This document shows positions 1 through 13,139 of a stretch of DNA of 64,000 nucleotides, one piece after another (position 1 is the first letter of the stretch; each line of letters opens with the position of its first letter). Location: positions 56,296,001-56,360,000 of the forward strand of contig NC_042999.1 of assembly GCF_006345805.1 (NCBI RefSeq). Direction: 5' to 3'. The stretch comes from Octopus sinensis. Its lineage: Eukaryota. The position numbers and the translations under genes were made by a program. The notes under the pieces are model-generated. The model saw nothing but the letters and a program-made list of their open reading frames with translations. It had not been told where the DNA came from and did no database searches.

Positions 1-297
1 GCTCTAGTGTCTATAGAATATCTATAGAGAAAACCCTTTTTAAAACGTGATTTAATCGCACTGCTAACACAGATAGGACACAGTAATAACTTATAGACCT
101 TTGATATACTTGCTAGTATATTATGGCTACATAACGAAATAATCCGCCCCTACTAACAATTAATAAAATTAACGTTCTGCTGCTTATTCAATAACGATGT
201 ATACATTGGATTAATAACGGCAGCTAACTTTTCTGTTTCGGCAAGGAGACCTCAAAGTTTAAGTATGCGTATTTAATAAAAACCGGATTGATGGCGT

Positions 298-350
<53 letters not shown>

Positions 351-510
351 TGTGTGAACCAGTTTGTTTGTATGTGTGCGATAGCGTATATGTGCCTTGG
401 CGTGGTCCATCAACATATCTGAGATATTCATCTGACGTCATAATAACAAGGTTGTTTAGATACTGACAAGTGGAGTACGTAAGACATCGATGGAACAACA
501 GCAACGGCAT

Positions 511-531
511 GGAGAGAGAGAGAGGGAAGGA

Positions 532-571
<40 letters not shown>

Positions 572-734
572 AGAAAGAAAGAAAGAATGAATGAATGAAT
601 GAAAGAATGAAAGAAAGAAAGAAGGAAAGAAGGAAGGAAAGAAGGCAGGAAAGAAGGAAAGAAAGAAAAGAAAAAAAGAAGGAAAGAAAAATGACAAAGA
701 AAATGACAGAAAGAAAGTCAAAGGAAAGAAAGAA

Positions 735-766
<32 letters not shown>

Positions 767-1330
767 AAAGAAAGAAAGAAGGAAAGAAGGAAGGAAAGAA
801 GGAAAGAAGGAAAGAAGGAAGGAAGGAAAGAAAGAAGGAAAGAAAGAAAGAAGGAAAGAAAGAAAGAAAGAAAGAAGGAAAGAAATAAGGAAAGAAAGAA
901 AGAAGGAAAGAAAGAAAGAAGTAAAGAAAGAAAGGAAGAAAGAAAGAAGGCGGGAAAGAAGGAAAGAAAGAAAGAAAGAAAACAGGAAAGAAAGAAGGCA
1001 GGAAAGAAAGAAGGCAGGAAAGAAGGAAAGAAAGAAGGCAGGAAAGAAGGAAAGAAAGAAGGCAGGAAAGAAGGAAAGAAAGAAGGCAGGAAAGAAGGAA
1101 AGAAAGAAGGCAGGAAAGAAAGAAAGAAAAATGACAGAAAGAAATGCAAAGGAAAGAAAGAAAAGAATTAAAGAAAGAAAGCAAGAAAGAAAAGAATTAA
1201 AGAAAGAAAGCAAGAAAGAAAAGAATTAAAGAAAGAAAGCAAGAAAGAAAATAATTAAAGAAAGAAAGCAAGAAAGAAAAGAATTAAAGAAAGAATGGAT
1301 GACAAGAGAAAGAAAGGAAGAAAGAAAGCA
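511..1330. repeat. ~820-bp polypurine (GAAA/GGAA) tract with higher-order ~24-bp and ~31-bp units
   Basis: Almost only G/A on the + strand; repeated gaaggcaggaaagaaggaaagaaa and aaagaattaaagaaagaaagcaagaaagaa units. Confidence 0.95.
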
Positions 1331-1551
1331 GACACATTTCCAGGGACCTGATAAAGCTCCGCTATTTCGTGACAAGTTGAATAGCTTTATTAGTGAAAGG
1401 GGATGGGTCTTGTTTCTCTTTTCTGGATTTGCGGGTAAATAAAATTTCATAAATTGTGTTGAATAACTCACTACTATAGTGTTTAAAGTGTGATTACAAA
1501 ATCATTCTCATTGCGTAACGCTGTTGTAGATATCTATTTGGGTTATTACTG

Positions 1552-1615
<64 letters not shown>

Positions 1616-2602
1616 TTTACCTTAGTTCACTGGTAATGAACAGCTGGCACCGTAGTACATCTCCAGCATTAAATATTTATCTTGGCGAATTACAGAATAA
1701 ACAATAACAGAGTCTTTGTTCAATTCATGAGCATATTGTGAATTTACTCTATAATTTATGTATCATATCTATATGTATATATAATATCAATATGCGCAAT
1801 ATAGATGCTAGCAGAAAGACGCTCGGAGGGCGGTTTTTCTGCTACAGTTCGTTTGGTTCGCCAGCCATCACTGAAAGACGTTGAAAACACTTCTCAAATT
1901 CTATACAATATTTTCTAGATGTTTTGCTAACAACTTGTACATGCAAGCGTTACCTGGCTAGAACTCCGCATACCGGAAGCCAGTAAGTGTATGGGGTCAT
2001 CAGGAGAGAATGCGCGCCGTTTCGGGGGTCTACCTCACGACGGCATCAATGCGCACCGACCCTCCTCACTGATATGAGGCCCCGCTGGCTAGATGAAATG
2101 GTTATCAAATAAAGCTCAATATTCTTCTAGCCTTCGCTCATCGTCTCTTTTTAACGAAATCTAGTGGCTAGCCTTTTCCACTGTAGTTTGGATATCGGTC
2201 TGCGTGTGTACAGATCATGGTGTACCTATGCGCATAGACACGTGTGCGTACATACATACATACATACATACATACATACATAAATAGAAATACGACTGTG
2301 TGTTATCTACTTAGTGTGTGTGTGTGTGTGCACACGTGCATGTGTGTGTGTGTGTGCGTCTTTCTGTGTGTACAGTGACGGATTCGAGGGTTTCGTTTAT
2401 TTACGAGTTGATTTCTTAATTTCACCGTTCTTAGGCCTCTAATCCTCTTTTAGTCAAACACTTACAAAGCTTAATTCACTTCAGTTAAAAAGCATAGGTA
2501 AGCCACAGCATTGTAAACCACAGCCACACTATAATTTGCAAAAAGATTTATCTGCGCGCAGGGTATACATCACCCCCTCCGATGCCTTTGTTTTTAATTT
2601 AA

Positions 2603-2949
2603 TACTCTTTTACTCTTTTACTCTCTTTTACTTGTTTCAGTCATTTGACTGCGGCCATGCTGGAGCACCGCCGACTGCGGCCATGCTGGAGCACCGCCTT
2701 TAGTCGAGCAAATCGACCCCGGGACTTATTCTTTGTAAGCCCAGTACTTATTCTATCGGTCTGTTTTGCCGAACCGCTAAGTGACGGGGACGTAAACACA
2801 CCAGCATCGGTTGTCAAGCAATGCTAGGGGGACAAACACAGACACACAAACACACACATATATATATATATATATATACATATATACGACAGGCTTCTTT
2901 CAGTTTCCGTCTACCAAATTCACTCACAAGGCATTGGTCGGCCCGGGGG
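2603..2949 (-). mobile_element. tRNA-derived SINE family A, 5'-truncated
   Basis: Near-identical to the full copy at 25047-25430; internal duplication of gactgcggccatgctggagcaccgcc. Confidence 0.85.
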
Positions 2950-2980
2950 TTGTTATCAATTTTATAAATTTTCATAACAC

Positions 2981-3092
2981 ATGGCTGCGTGGTTAAGGAG
3001 CTCGCTTTGCAACCCTGTGTCTTCTCATATAGCCCCGGGCCAATTAATGCTTATGCATTTGGTAGATGGAAACTATACGGAAGGCCGTTATA
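2981..3092 (+). mobile_element. SINE family A 5' fragment, degenerate
   Basis: A-box-like tggctgcgtggttaag followed by the family core gatttggtagatggaaact. Confidence 0.6.
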
Positions 3093-3672
3093 TATATGTC
3101 TTTGTGTGTGTGCGCGTGGGGGGGGGGTGTTCGTATATATGTATATGTATTTATAATATAAATTATTTTATTCCACACGGAAAAATAAGTTGAATATGTG
3201 CTAGGAGTCTTTAAGATAGAATTTATTTTTAAAGGCTAACCGGTTTCACAAAATTTTGATTTTCAAAAGTTAAGTAAGATAGAAAGACGTGGGCTAACGC
3301 AATAACAGCATGCTATGCTGAAATAAGATGCATGATAATTTGGGTAAGGAAGAAATGAGGGCGGGGGTAGGATAAGGGCTCTGGTTTGAAGGAACAGGGG
3401 TAGGATGTTGGAAAGACTACATACAGAGGTGAAGTTGGGGACGCGGGTGGTTTTTGAATAATTGTCTAATTATTCATTAATAACTAAGAATTTAATGCGT
3501 GACACATTTTATTTGTCGTTAACGCGTAATTAAATGTGATTGTCTGAAAGTTGGGGAAGCGGTAGGCTGTTATAGGGAGCAGAGACAGGGGCAGCATAGA
3601 TGGCGTGCGGATGAGCCAGAAAACAAGGAAGGAATGATGTTACAAAAAGAAAGGTTGCAACAACATAATAAA

Positions 3673-4720
3673 GGTGGTGGTGGTGGTGGTGGTGATGATG
3701 TGGTGGATTGGTGGTGGTGGTGATGAAATTGTAGTTGCTGGTGGTGATGGTGATGGTGATGATGATCACGAGGAAGAGAAAGAAAATGATAATGATGGTA
3801 GTGGAGATGATAATGATGATGATGATGATGATGATAATAATGACAACGATGACGATGGATGTGGTGGTGGTGGTGGTGGTGGTGGTGGTGGTGGTGGTGG
3901 TGATGGTAGTGATAATGATGATGGTGACGGTAGAGACGGAACTGAAGTTGACTCGAGTACCATCGAAGTAAAAAAAATCATTGAAGTGTAAATCAAATAA
4001 TGGTGGGGTGGCGCGGGGGGGGGGGGCGACAACAACAATAAAACGACGGTGCAATATTTCATAATGCTGTGGTGGTGCATGACGGAGTCTTGTAGCGTGT
4101 CTTAAACTGACTCATCATCACCACCACCATCATCACCATCACCATCATCATCGCCATCATCACCATCACCATCATCATCATTATCATCATCGCCATCATC
4201 GTCGTCGTCGTCGTCGTCGTCATCATCATCATCATCATCGCCACCATCATCACCATCATCCTCGTCGTCATCATCATCATCATCATCATCATCCCCTTCA
4301 CCAACACCATCATCATCATCGTCGTCATCATCTAATTATCATGATCATCAAAAAGGACAACAGTAACAGCAGCAGCAGCAGCAGCAACAACAACTATAAG
4401 AACCCGAACGACTGCAGCGACATCTGACAGCGATAATATGAACAGAAATTTGATGATTTCATTTGGCTGAACAGAGGAAGGTCGCTTACGTAAAAGAAAG
4501 GACAAAAAAATATATATTTCCGAATTATTATTTATTAGCTATGTCACACAACTGGAAATTAAATCTTTGGATACACTTGTCCTAATTGCTGTTATTGTTA
4601 TTGTAACTGTTGTTGTTGTTGTAGCTGTTGTTGTGGTTGCGGTGGTGGTTGTGGTGGTAGTGGTTGTGGTGGTGGTGGTAGTGGTGGTGGTGGTTGTTGT
4701 TGTTATTGTTGGTGGTGGTG
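3673..4720. repeat. Compound trinucleotide microsatellites (GGT/GAT, CAT/CAC, CAG/CAA, GTT/GGT)
   Basis: Read directly from the sequence; source of the poly-G/D/H/M ORFs. Confidence 0.9.
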
Positions 4721-5667
4721 TTTAGCCCCAGACAAATTCTTATTGAGTAAATATATAATCAAAAACATAACAGCAACCATTGCAGGTTTCCCCCCAGACA
4801 TAGTCCATCTATGACTACATTTGTTTAGTGTTCTTTGTTTTAAACAGGTAACATATTTATAGACACACACACAGATATGCATATACATACATACATACAT
4901 ACATACATACATACATACATACAAGCATGCATACATGCATACACACATACATAAAATACATACATACATACATACATACATACATACATACATACATACA
5001 TACATACATACATACATACATACATACATACATGCATGAATACATACAATCCAGGTAAAGAATGTTACCGGCAGATTGTCAGACACCGATGTTTCGATTT
5101 CATTTGTGATTTCATTTGTGAAATTCACCCCCATCTCCGTATCAGGCATTCTGAGCAAAACCGAAATCTAATCGGTAAATAAAACATTTTCTGGTTTGTG
5201 CGAAAGCCTGTCAGATGTATATACGATCGCGTGTATAAACATCCATTCGAGCAGTGAGCGTGCGAGTGACGTTAGTACACAAGTACGTGTACGCTTCTTT
5301 ACTGCGTGCATATCTGTACGCATGTGAGTATTTCATACATGTGTGCAATTGTGCGCATTTGTTTGCCCAGGAACCTCAAATTGAGAATCCCTGGAATGTA
5401 GAATTGTTACAATTTTTGATTCAGTTCAAAACTACTGCGGAATTTCTCTTCATAGTTCGACGACCTGCTGTAGCTGACTCAGGATTCCTGTCTTGTCATG
5501 CGGTATGAAGTAATTATAGTCATGTTGGTTACCAGTTTAACTCTTAGCTTACTATTAATCTCCAAAACAAGTGTTTCTTTGTATCTAATCAGAGAGGATA
5601 ATAAATTTATTTATTTTATGCTAAGCAAAATTAACGGCAGAAGTTTAGCGGACAGAATTTATCACAC

Positions 5668-6230
5668 AAAGTCAGTTTATTTCAAGATTTCTTACCAATC
5701 GAGAAATAACCGGTTTCTAACCTAGATCCAAGGCTTCTTTATTGGAATTTCAATATCAACAACAGGGCATTTTTGTATGTATGTATGTATGTATGTATGT
5801 ATGTATGTATGTATGTATGTATGTATGTATGTATGTATGTATGCATTCATGTAAGTATGTATATATGTATATGCTGATTTGTATGTTTTACGTATATATT
5901 CTCATGCATATATTTACATATCTAGACATGCTCATATATATGTAAACGATGTTCTATAACCCCGTGCACCTACAAAACTGGGAACAAATGAAATTATATA
6001 GCCTACACATCAGAGCTGTAAGTTTCATATTACCTCTCTACAGATGTTCTCCCTTGCCCTGAATTTTGACGAGACATTCACACCCGCTAAGCAGCTGATC
6101 AGTACAACGCAGCTTAACTTTTGGTCCTTGTCCCATATAACAATATCTGGTCCATTGTGCTTACATTGAGTTATTGTTTGTATTGCAATGGTCTACCAGT
6201 ATTATCTATTTTTAAAAGATGTGAATTTTG
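5668..6230 (-). mobile_element. 3' remnant of an R4/Dong-like RLE retrotransposon, family 1
   Basis: Degenerate KHNGPDIVIWD endonuclease segment; 3' UTR matches 14760-14850 and 40500-40757. Confidence 0.7.
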
Positions 6231-7110
6231 CTGTGCCTTTCGTATGGCCTATATGTATGTATGTTTGTAAGTATGTATGCGTTTATATATGCATGTATGT
6301 TGTATGTATGTATGTATGTATGTATGTATGTATGTATGTATGTATGTATGTATGTATGTATGTATGAATGAATGAATGAATGAATGTATGTATGTATGTA
6401 TGTATGTTTGTAAGTATGTATGCATGTATGTATCTATGTATGTATGTGTGTATGTTTGTTTGTATGTATGTATGTATGTATGTATGTACGTATGTTTGTT
6501 TGTTTGTATGTATATATGTATGTATGTAATACAGTACAGCCAGTTGCATGGCCTGGTCGTCGGCGACTAAATTAACAACTGCACGAGGCTTCTTTTGTGC
6601 AGCGGGTGATTAGAAACCCGGCAGGATGAGGAACAAAACCTGTCAAAGGGCAAACGAACTCATTAACGTCAACGGCCATTCAATACTGTGTATCCAATCC
6701 TGCAAGTTCTCATGGACAGCAGAAGTTCCTGCATCAATCATCGAGAAACTGGTGACTTTGGTGCAGAAAACATAATGAGTGCGCAGGGGGATCGATTCGT
6801 TTTCAACAACAGACAGGCACAACAAGTTCAGTCAGAAGAGAACCTTGTGAATTAGAGTGCAGACATGGTATACTATATTACTTGGAGTGAGTGACCTCTA
6901 ATCATTGTTAGCATATCGTTCTAGGAGACGGAAATTGCTGATATATGAGAATCGATTCGATGGTGGCCACTTCTTTGAGTAAATCTCATAATTGTTCAGA
7001 GAATGGGATTGGTGGTATTCAAGGCCTCTCTTTACTTTAAAAAAACATGATGCACAGGCATCGCTTGATGTACCAGCATCGTCATCTTATACTCGAGAAC
7101 GGGGAAAAGG

Positions 7111-7830
7111 TCATGCTCATATATATTTAAATGATAAATGGCTGGAAAGTTTTACATATTTTTACAGTTCCAGTAATGGATTGGATCTGTAGTATTCGAA
7201 TTAGCTTTTCCCTTTCTGATTTTGAGAAACCCAATTTCTCAGTATTGATATTTAAGCAATGTGTTACATATCCCAGGGCCCCAATAATTACAATTATAAA
7301 CCTGAACTTGTAATCTGGATAGAGTAACTGCAGTTTTCTCAATAGTTCAGCATAGGTGTTCTCTTTTTCACTGATCTTCAGCTTTATATTAACATCCGCT
7401 GAGTAGCTAATTTCCACAACTGTTGTGCTTACATTTTATTGAGGTTTTCACTGGGACATTCCATCAGTACTCCTATTTATTATGAGTGGCTATGGCTTCT
7501 ACCATACTGTGGGTTCTTATTTCTGTGTTCTCGGAGTTATCACTCCGACGAATTTCATTATATAGTGTCCTAGCTACAACATCATGTCTCATCGGTAGAT
7601 AATACCATGATGACATTTCGGACAACTGCTTATGATGTGGGTGATATCTTCGGTGTTAACTCCACAAAGTCAGCATTGGCTGTCACATTTTACTGCTTTT
7701 CCTGCATCTCTATCCCTTTTGTGCATCAGGTATTTGGTTGATCTTTCCTGTTCCTGGATTGCAAATGCATACCCTTCAAAGTGGTTGGGGGTAGTAATCC
7801 ATGATAAACCGCTTTGATGATCGATGTTAC
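7111..7830 (-). mobile_element. R4/Dong-like RLE retrotransposon fragment, family 1 (CCHC + restriction-like endonuclease)
   Basis: FEGYAFAIQEQERSTKYLMHKR...C and EISYSADVNIKLKISEKENTY...IIGALG; high identity to 14010-14790. Confidence 0.9.
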
Positions 7831-7831
7831 A

Positions 7832-8975
7832 AGTGGCTTTCCTCCTTTCCACAAAAAGCGGAAAAGGATTCTCTCCAGCTTGTTCAGTCACAAATCGGGG
7901 CAAGGAACCACGGTCACGCGGTAGGTGATAACCGACGCTATAAACATCTCCACCACCACCACTTGGGTCTGGGTTAGAGCAGTCACCTTGCCGGCTACCT
8001 CACTCCAATTTATCTCTATCTGGAGGCCTAGCCCAAACCAGACTCCAAGCAGCTTAACAGGACCTTCCGTCCAACGCCCCACGACGTTATTGGACGGCAT
8101 CGGCATCGGCTTGCCTCTCCAGGTGCCAAGTTGCAAACCGACCGACTTGTCATTGTTAACCTTTGATCCTGCCACCACCTCGTAACTTTTGATAGCCTCT
8201 TCCACCACTGGAAGCTGGCTCTCATCCGCCACAATGATGGAGATGTCATCCGCATACGCTGTAGCTCCTCTTCCACACCATAGATCATGCGGTGCGCTCC
8301 CTAGTGCCTCCAACTTCCACTGTAATGGCTCGAGAGCCAAAACATACAAAAGCGGAGACAGGGGTCACCCCGGACGCACTGAGCGCTTGATTCTGAATGG
8401 CTTCGAAAGGAAACCATTCACTTTTATGACAGACTCGATGTCGCTGTACAACGCAGCAACCCAACCGCGTAAGGTCGGGCCAGTCTTCTCGAGGACCGCC
8501 GCCGAGTACCGATGGTCGACCCTATCAAATGCCTTAGACTGGTCTAAATGTACCAGCCCCCCCCCCCCCCTGCGCCAGAAAGCTTCCCACCCTCTCCAAG
8601 GAGTAGCGTATAAGGTGGAGATTGTCGTGGATCGTCCTGCCCGGGATAGCGCGGTTTGCGCTTCCCCTACAAGTCTGTCCACGATCCGCGCCAACCTTTT
8701 CGCTAGCACCTTGGCCAAAATCTTTAGCTCTGTATTCAGCAGAGTTATGGACCTGAAATTCCTTTGCTCGGGTCATTCCTGATCAACGTCACCACTCCAC
8801 GGCTCGCAGACTTGGGAATTCTCCCATTCTGCTGCCAATTGGCGTAGACTCTGGCCAGCAGGTGCCCGAACAAGTCTGGCATACTTTTGTAAAATTCATA
8901 AGGCAGACCATTGAGACCTGGCGACTTCTCCCCGAGGCATTCGCCCAGTACCTCGATCACTTCCTCTGCTTTCAT
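7832..8975 (-). mobile_element. Tx1-like L1-clade ORF2 reverse transcriptase fragment, frameshifted
   Basis: KSPGLNGLPYEFY, LDQSKAFDRVDH, SVRPG, YADDI, VKLLGVWFG motifs. Confidence 0.92.
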
Positions 8976-9139
8976 TTTTTTCAAAAAGCTCGGAGAGCTT
9001 TTCCTTTGGTAGTTAGACGTTTTCAGTAGCCACCGCAGTAACTGCTGAAAATTTCTTAACTGGCTCTTCCAGTGAATTTTTCTCTGAAATTATTTCGACC
9101 AACATATTCGTTCGAAATAAATTTATACACAATTTAATC

Positions 9140-9830
9140 CCAGAAAACGGGAAACCTATAATTTTTTACATTTTTTTCTCTCAACGAGGACAATAGTTCA
9201 AACCCCCCCCCCCCCCGCTGGAGAGCGAGACGTAACATCAAAGCCTACAACGGTCGAAATTGAATTTTTCACACAATAATAAAAAATTTTTTTCCCTCAC
9301 AACGAGAACAACAGTTCAAATCTCGCTCCCGCTTGGGCGGATGCCACAACAGAGCCTACAACGGCTAAAATTTAATTTTCACACAATAATAAATTGATTA
9401 TCTCAAAAAACGGGAAACCTATAATATTTTTTTCCTCTTTATGAGGATAACAGTTCAAATCCCACCCCCGCTGGGTGGGGTGGGGGCACGACAATAAAAC
9501 CTACAACGGCTTTAATAAGTTCAATATTTCAACAATTCACAACTTCAAAAATGGCTTTACACAAACAATTACACCTGGAAAAAGCACAAAAAGTTTCAAA
9601 GTTTCGAAGTTCAACAATGTTCAACAGTTCGAAAATGTTCAACAATAAACAGTCAACAATTCCAGCAGAAAAAAATAATCCAACGTTCAACAAAACGTTT
9701 GACTCACCGCCAAAAAACACGTCTATCCACGAGACAGGTGTAGCAATAACCATTTTAGCCATTTTGAAATGTGGCGCGAATTGGCAATATGACATAATGT
9801 CGTATTGCCGAAGAATTATCATTTTCGTTT
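9140..9830. repeat. Possible Helentron/HINE-like non-autonomous element: three ~115-140-bp tandem units plus a terminal stem-loop
   Basis: Units starting near 9176, 9292 and 9431 share gagRacaaYagttcaaa...cctacaacgg; hairpin ggcaatatgacat-a-atgtcgtattgcc at 9783-9809. Confidence 0.45.
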
Positions 9831-10409
9831 TTTTCCCATTTGTTAATATAACTGCTCATATAAAGATTCTAAAAGTTTCGTAAAGAATATTTGTCATGGA
9901 TTTCGATTCTTTTTAGTCAAGTTGAGCAGTTATAAAAACCCTGGATTTTGGGAAAAATTTCAGTGTTTGTTGGATGTCACTGAACTCCACGACACTCACT
10001 CTTTTGAGACATCGGTAATTTTCATGCCATGTCTAAGTTAATCACAAGTCTATTTTGATTTGTTGGTTAATGTATTAGCTAGAATTGAGAAATTAGTTAA
10101 TGAAATTATAGACGTTTTTCTTTACGACAAAGTTATCTTCCCTACTGTAAATAATATAAAATGTTATATTTATATAATAAAACTAATTAAAAGAAAATGT
10201 TTCTCTTCACGTTTGTTTTTCAATTGAGCATAAATAAGTATGCAATTCTGTTATCCTTAATTTATGTTTTCTTATAGCAGTTTAAAGGACACGAAGAAAA
10301 TATTTAACATACATGTCGTTAATATTCATAGCGTTTCACGCGTATATGTCTCTATGACGTTATAACTGTAGTTAGGGTTTTAGGTATAATGATAACACTT
10401 TAGTATAAG

Positions 10410-11591
10410 TTATTTCTTTATTATGATTATAAAAATCGATTACACAGAAGGACAAATACAGGACATATATACAAAAAAACATTTAAGAGATTCGATTAAA
10501 AATTTTCATTTACGTTTGGATTATTCATTATAACATAAATGTCCTTTACATGACCAGTAGAACAAACAACAGTACATGAACTTATAATCTCACTGGAGTT
10601 TTTACACCCCGGCAATTTATGAGGCCCCTCTCCCTTACTCAGAGAAAAACCAAATAAAATAATATAATCTAAGAGAAAGCTTAAGGTTTAAAACGAAAAC
10701 CGCCATACAGGTAAGGAAGCTACTTTATTTCATTAAATTTGTCATGAAGACAGCACACAGATTAGGTGGCTTTGCGGGCTGGACAAGACATTAATGAAAG
10801 GAATGATAATGATACAAGGATAAGGATGAGAGAAGAATGAAAGCGCCCGTCGACCCTCTGCTTCTCTATAACAATGTTCTTTAACAATACATTCCATGAG
10901 GCAATGAGCCTCTTACAATTCGTCTAAAATGACAACAATATTAATCATTACAAATATAAAAATATATTTTTACATATTTTAGCGCTAAGCCTATTCTTCT
11001 TTGTCCCCGACCAGGCTGTGAGCTGCCCATAGGTACTGCTCCAGATCCTGGTCGGGGTCCCAAAAATCGACTCTAAACAAGTCCTTCGTAAAGGAACCCA
11101 ACACTCTGGACATGTTGACCTCCGATATGACCTTCGCAGTCACCTGCGAAGGCCAATTCAGGTTTTCGGTCCAGGCTAAGGGCTCCTCCGACCAGCCTTC
11201 TCGCTTCCTTGGGAAGCTTTCTATCGCCCCTCCCTTCAGAAAGAATATAACAAACTCATCTATCCTCCTTCTGGGAGGGACCACTGCTCCCTCTGTCGGT
11301 GGCACACTTCCCACCGACAGAGTTTCGGGGCATATTGGCAGTTGATCGTCAACTGCCAGCGATGACCCATTCTTTTTTCTCTTCTTTTTTTTTCCTCTTC
11401 TCAATACCACCATTCTTTCATTACGGTCCTTTATCCACTGCTTAGGGGGTAAACTATCCCACTCCAATACAGTGTCTTTCTTTGTTGTCATGCTTGCAAA
11501 AACAAAAAAAGTTTCCAAAAAATGGTTCAACACAAAGTTCAATAAAAGTTCAATAAAAAAAACACAAAAAAGAACAGAAAGACAGAGCAGA
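10410..11591 (-). mobile_element. Internally deleted Tx1-like element: ORF1-like 5' part plus 3' UTR
   Basis: ORF with basic N-terminus (RRGKKKKRKK) at 10991-11490; minus-strand 3' end tgtccttc...aataaagaaata resembles the Tx1 3' end at 25000-25040; no RT. Confidence 0.45.
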
Positions 11592-11868
11592 GAAAAAGAT
11601 ATATATATATATCTGCTCTGTCTTTCTGTTCTTTTTTGTGTTTTTTTATTGAACTTTTATTGAACTTTGTGTTGAACCATTTTTTGGAAACTTTTTTTGT
11701 TTTTGCAAGCATGACAACAAAGAAAGACACTGTATTGGAGTGGGATAGTTTACCCCCTAAGCAGTGGATAAAGGACCGTAATGAAAGAATGGTGGTATTG
11801 AGAAGAGGAAAAAAAAGAAGAGAAAAAAGAATGGGTCATCGCTGGCAGTTGACGATCAACTGCCAATA
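11333..11868. repeat. Near-perfect inverted duplication, ~258-bp arms, 20-bp spacer
   Basis: 11333-11591 is the reverse complement of 11612-11868 apart from homopolymer lengths. Confidence 0.97.
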
Positions 11869-11879
11869 AATGCGCCCTT

Positions 11880-12115
11880 TTAAAGCCTAGCCAAGCTCAA
11901 GGGCCCGGTTTCCCGGTTTCTATAGCGTATGTGCTCCCCAGCTGGACGGGACGCCAGTCCATCGCAGCGTTACTCATTTTTGTCAGCTGAGTGGACTGGA
12001 GCAAAGGGAAATGAAATGTTTTGCTCAAGAACACAACGCGTCGCCTGGTCCAGGAATCGAAACCACAATCTTACGATAATTATGCTGACACCCTAACCAC
12101 TAAGCCACGTGCCTC
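11880..12115 (-). mobile_element. tRNA-derived SINE family C
   Basis: Minus strand: A box tggcttagtgg, B box gtttcgattcc, then core gtgttcttgagcaa. Confidence 0.8.
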
Positions 12116-12163
12116 CACACACACACACACACACCACACACACACACACACATATATGTATGT

Positions 12164-12207
<44 letters not shown>

Positions 12208-12326
12208 TACTTTTGTCTCTTCATCTGTATATATGTATATATATATGTAGGTATATATACTCGTATACAGACACTTCACACACATAAACATGCACATACA
12301 CACACTCACACACACTTCACACACAC

Positions 12327-12414
<88 letters not shown>

Positions 12415-13139
12415 CCTACCTACCTATCTATCTATCTATTTCTCTCACTTCTGTTTAAGACATTTACCCATTCAGTGTTATTGTAACTCACTAAAATACA
12501 AAAAGGAAACAAAAATACGCCCTTCATAGATTTTCCCATCGGCTAAAGTCAGTGAAAAATCTTCTGGCTAAATTCTGCGAGTTTGCTGGAATTATGCCAT
12601 AACCTTTCTGTATTCACTGGAATTTTGACTTTAACAAAGAACTTGTACGTTAGACGAGGTTGTGTTTCGGTTACCTGTACAAAGTTAAAAGGTAGTGCTG
12701 CAATAGAGAAAACGTTAAGTAGAACGCCTACTTGTGACGTCATCCCTATTTATAGGCAGACATTTTGTTTTTTCTTATCTTTCATTTTTTTAGTGATATC
12801 TTTTCGTTTAGATAACTTTATGGATACTTTTACAGATTAATATTTATTTATTTTTGTCTGGAATCTAAACATAAATTAATATTTGAGGTGGGGATAAGTG
12901 AAATGATAATCTTTTCCAAGTGCATTTATCCCGAAATACTCAGCAGCGAGTATGTACTTACATACATATATACATACATACATATATACATACATACATA
13001 TATACATACATACATATATACATACATACATGCATACATATATACATACATATATATACATACATACATACATACATACATACATACATACATACATACA
13101 TACATACATACATACATACATACATACATACATACATGT

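Noticed and set aside
2010-2056. Hammerhead-like tgcgc...TTGATG...GAAACGGC-gcgca on the minus strand; similar weak cases near 3238, 27940 and 53860
   Set aside because: Core boxes and stem II are too degenerate to call
259-6570. Many ORFs with poly-F/S, K/E, G/D, H/T or MYVC content, here and throughout the window
   Set aside because: They are translations of microsatellites with no splice or family evidence
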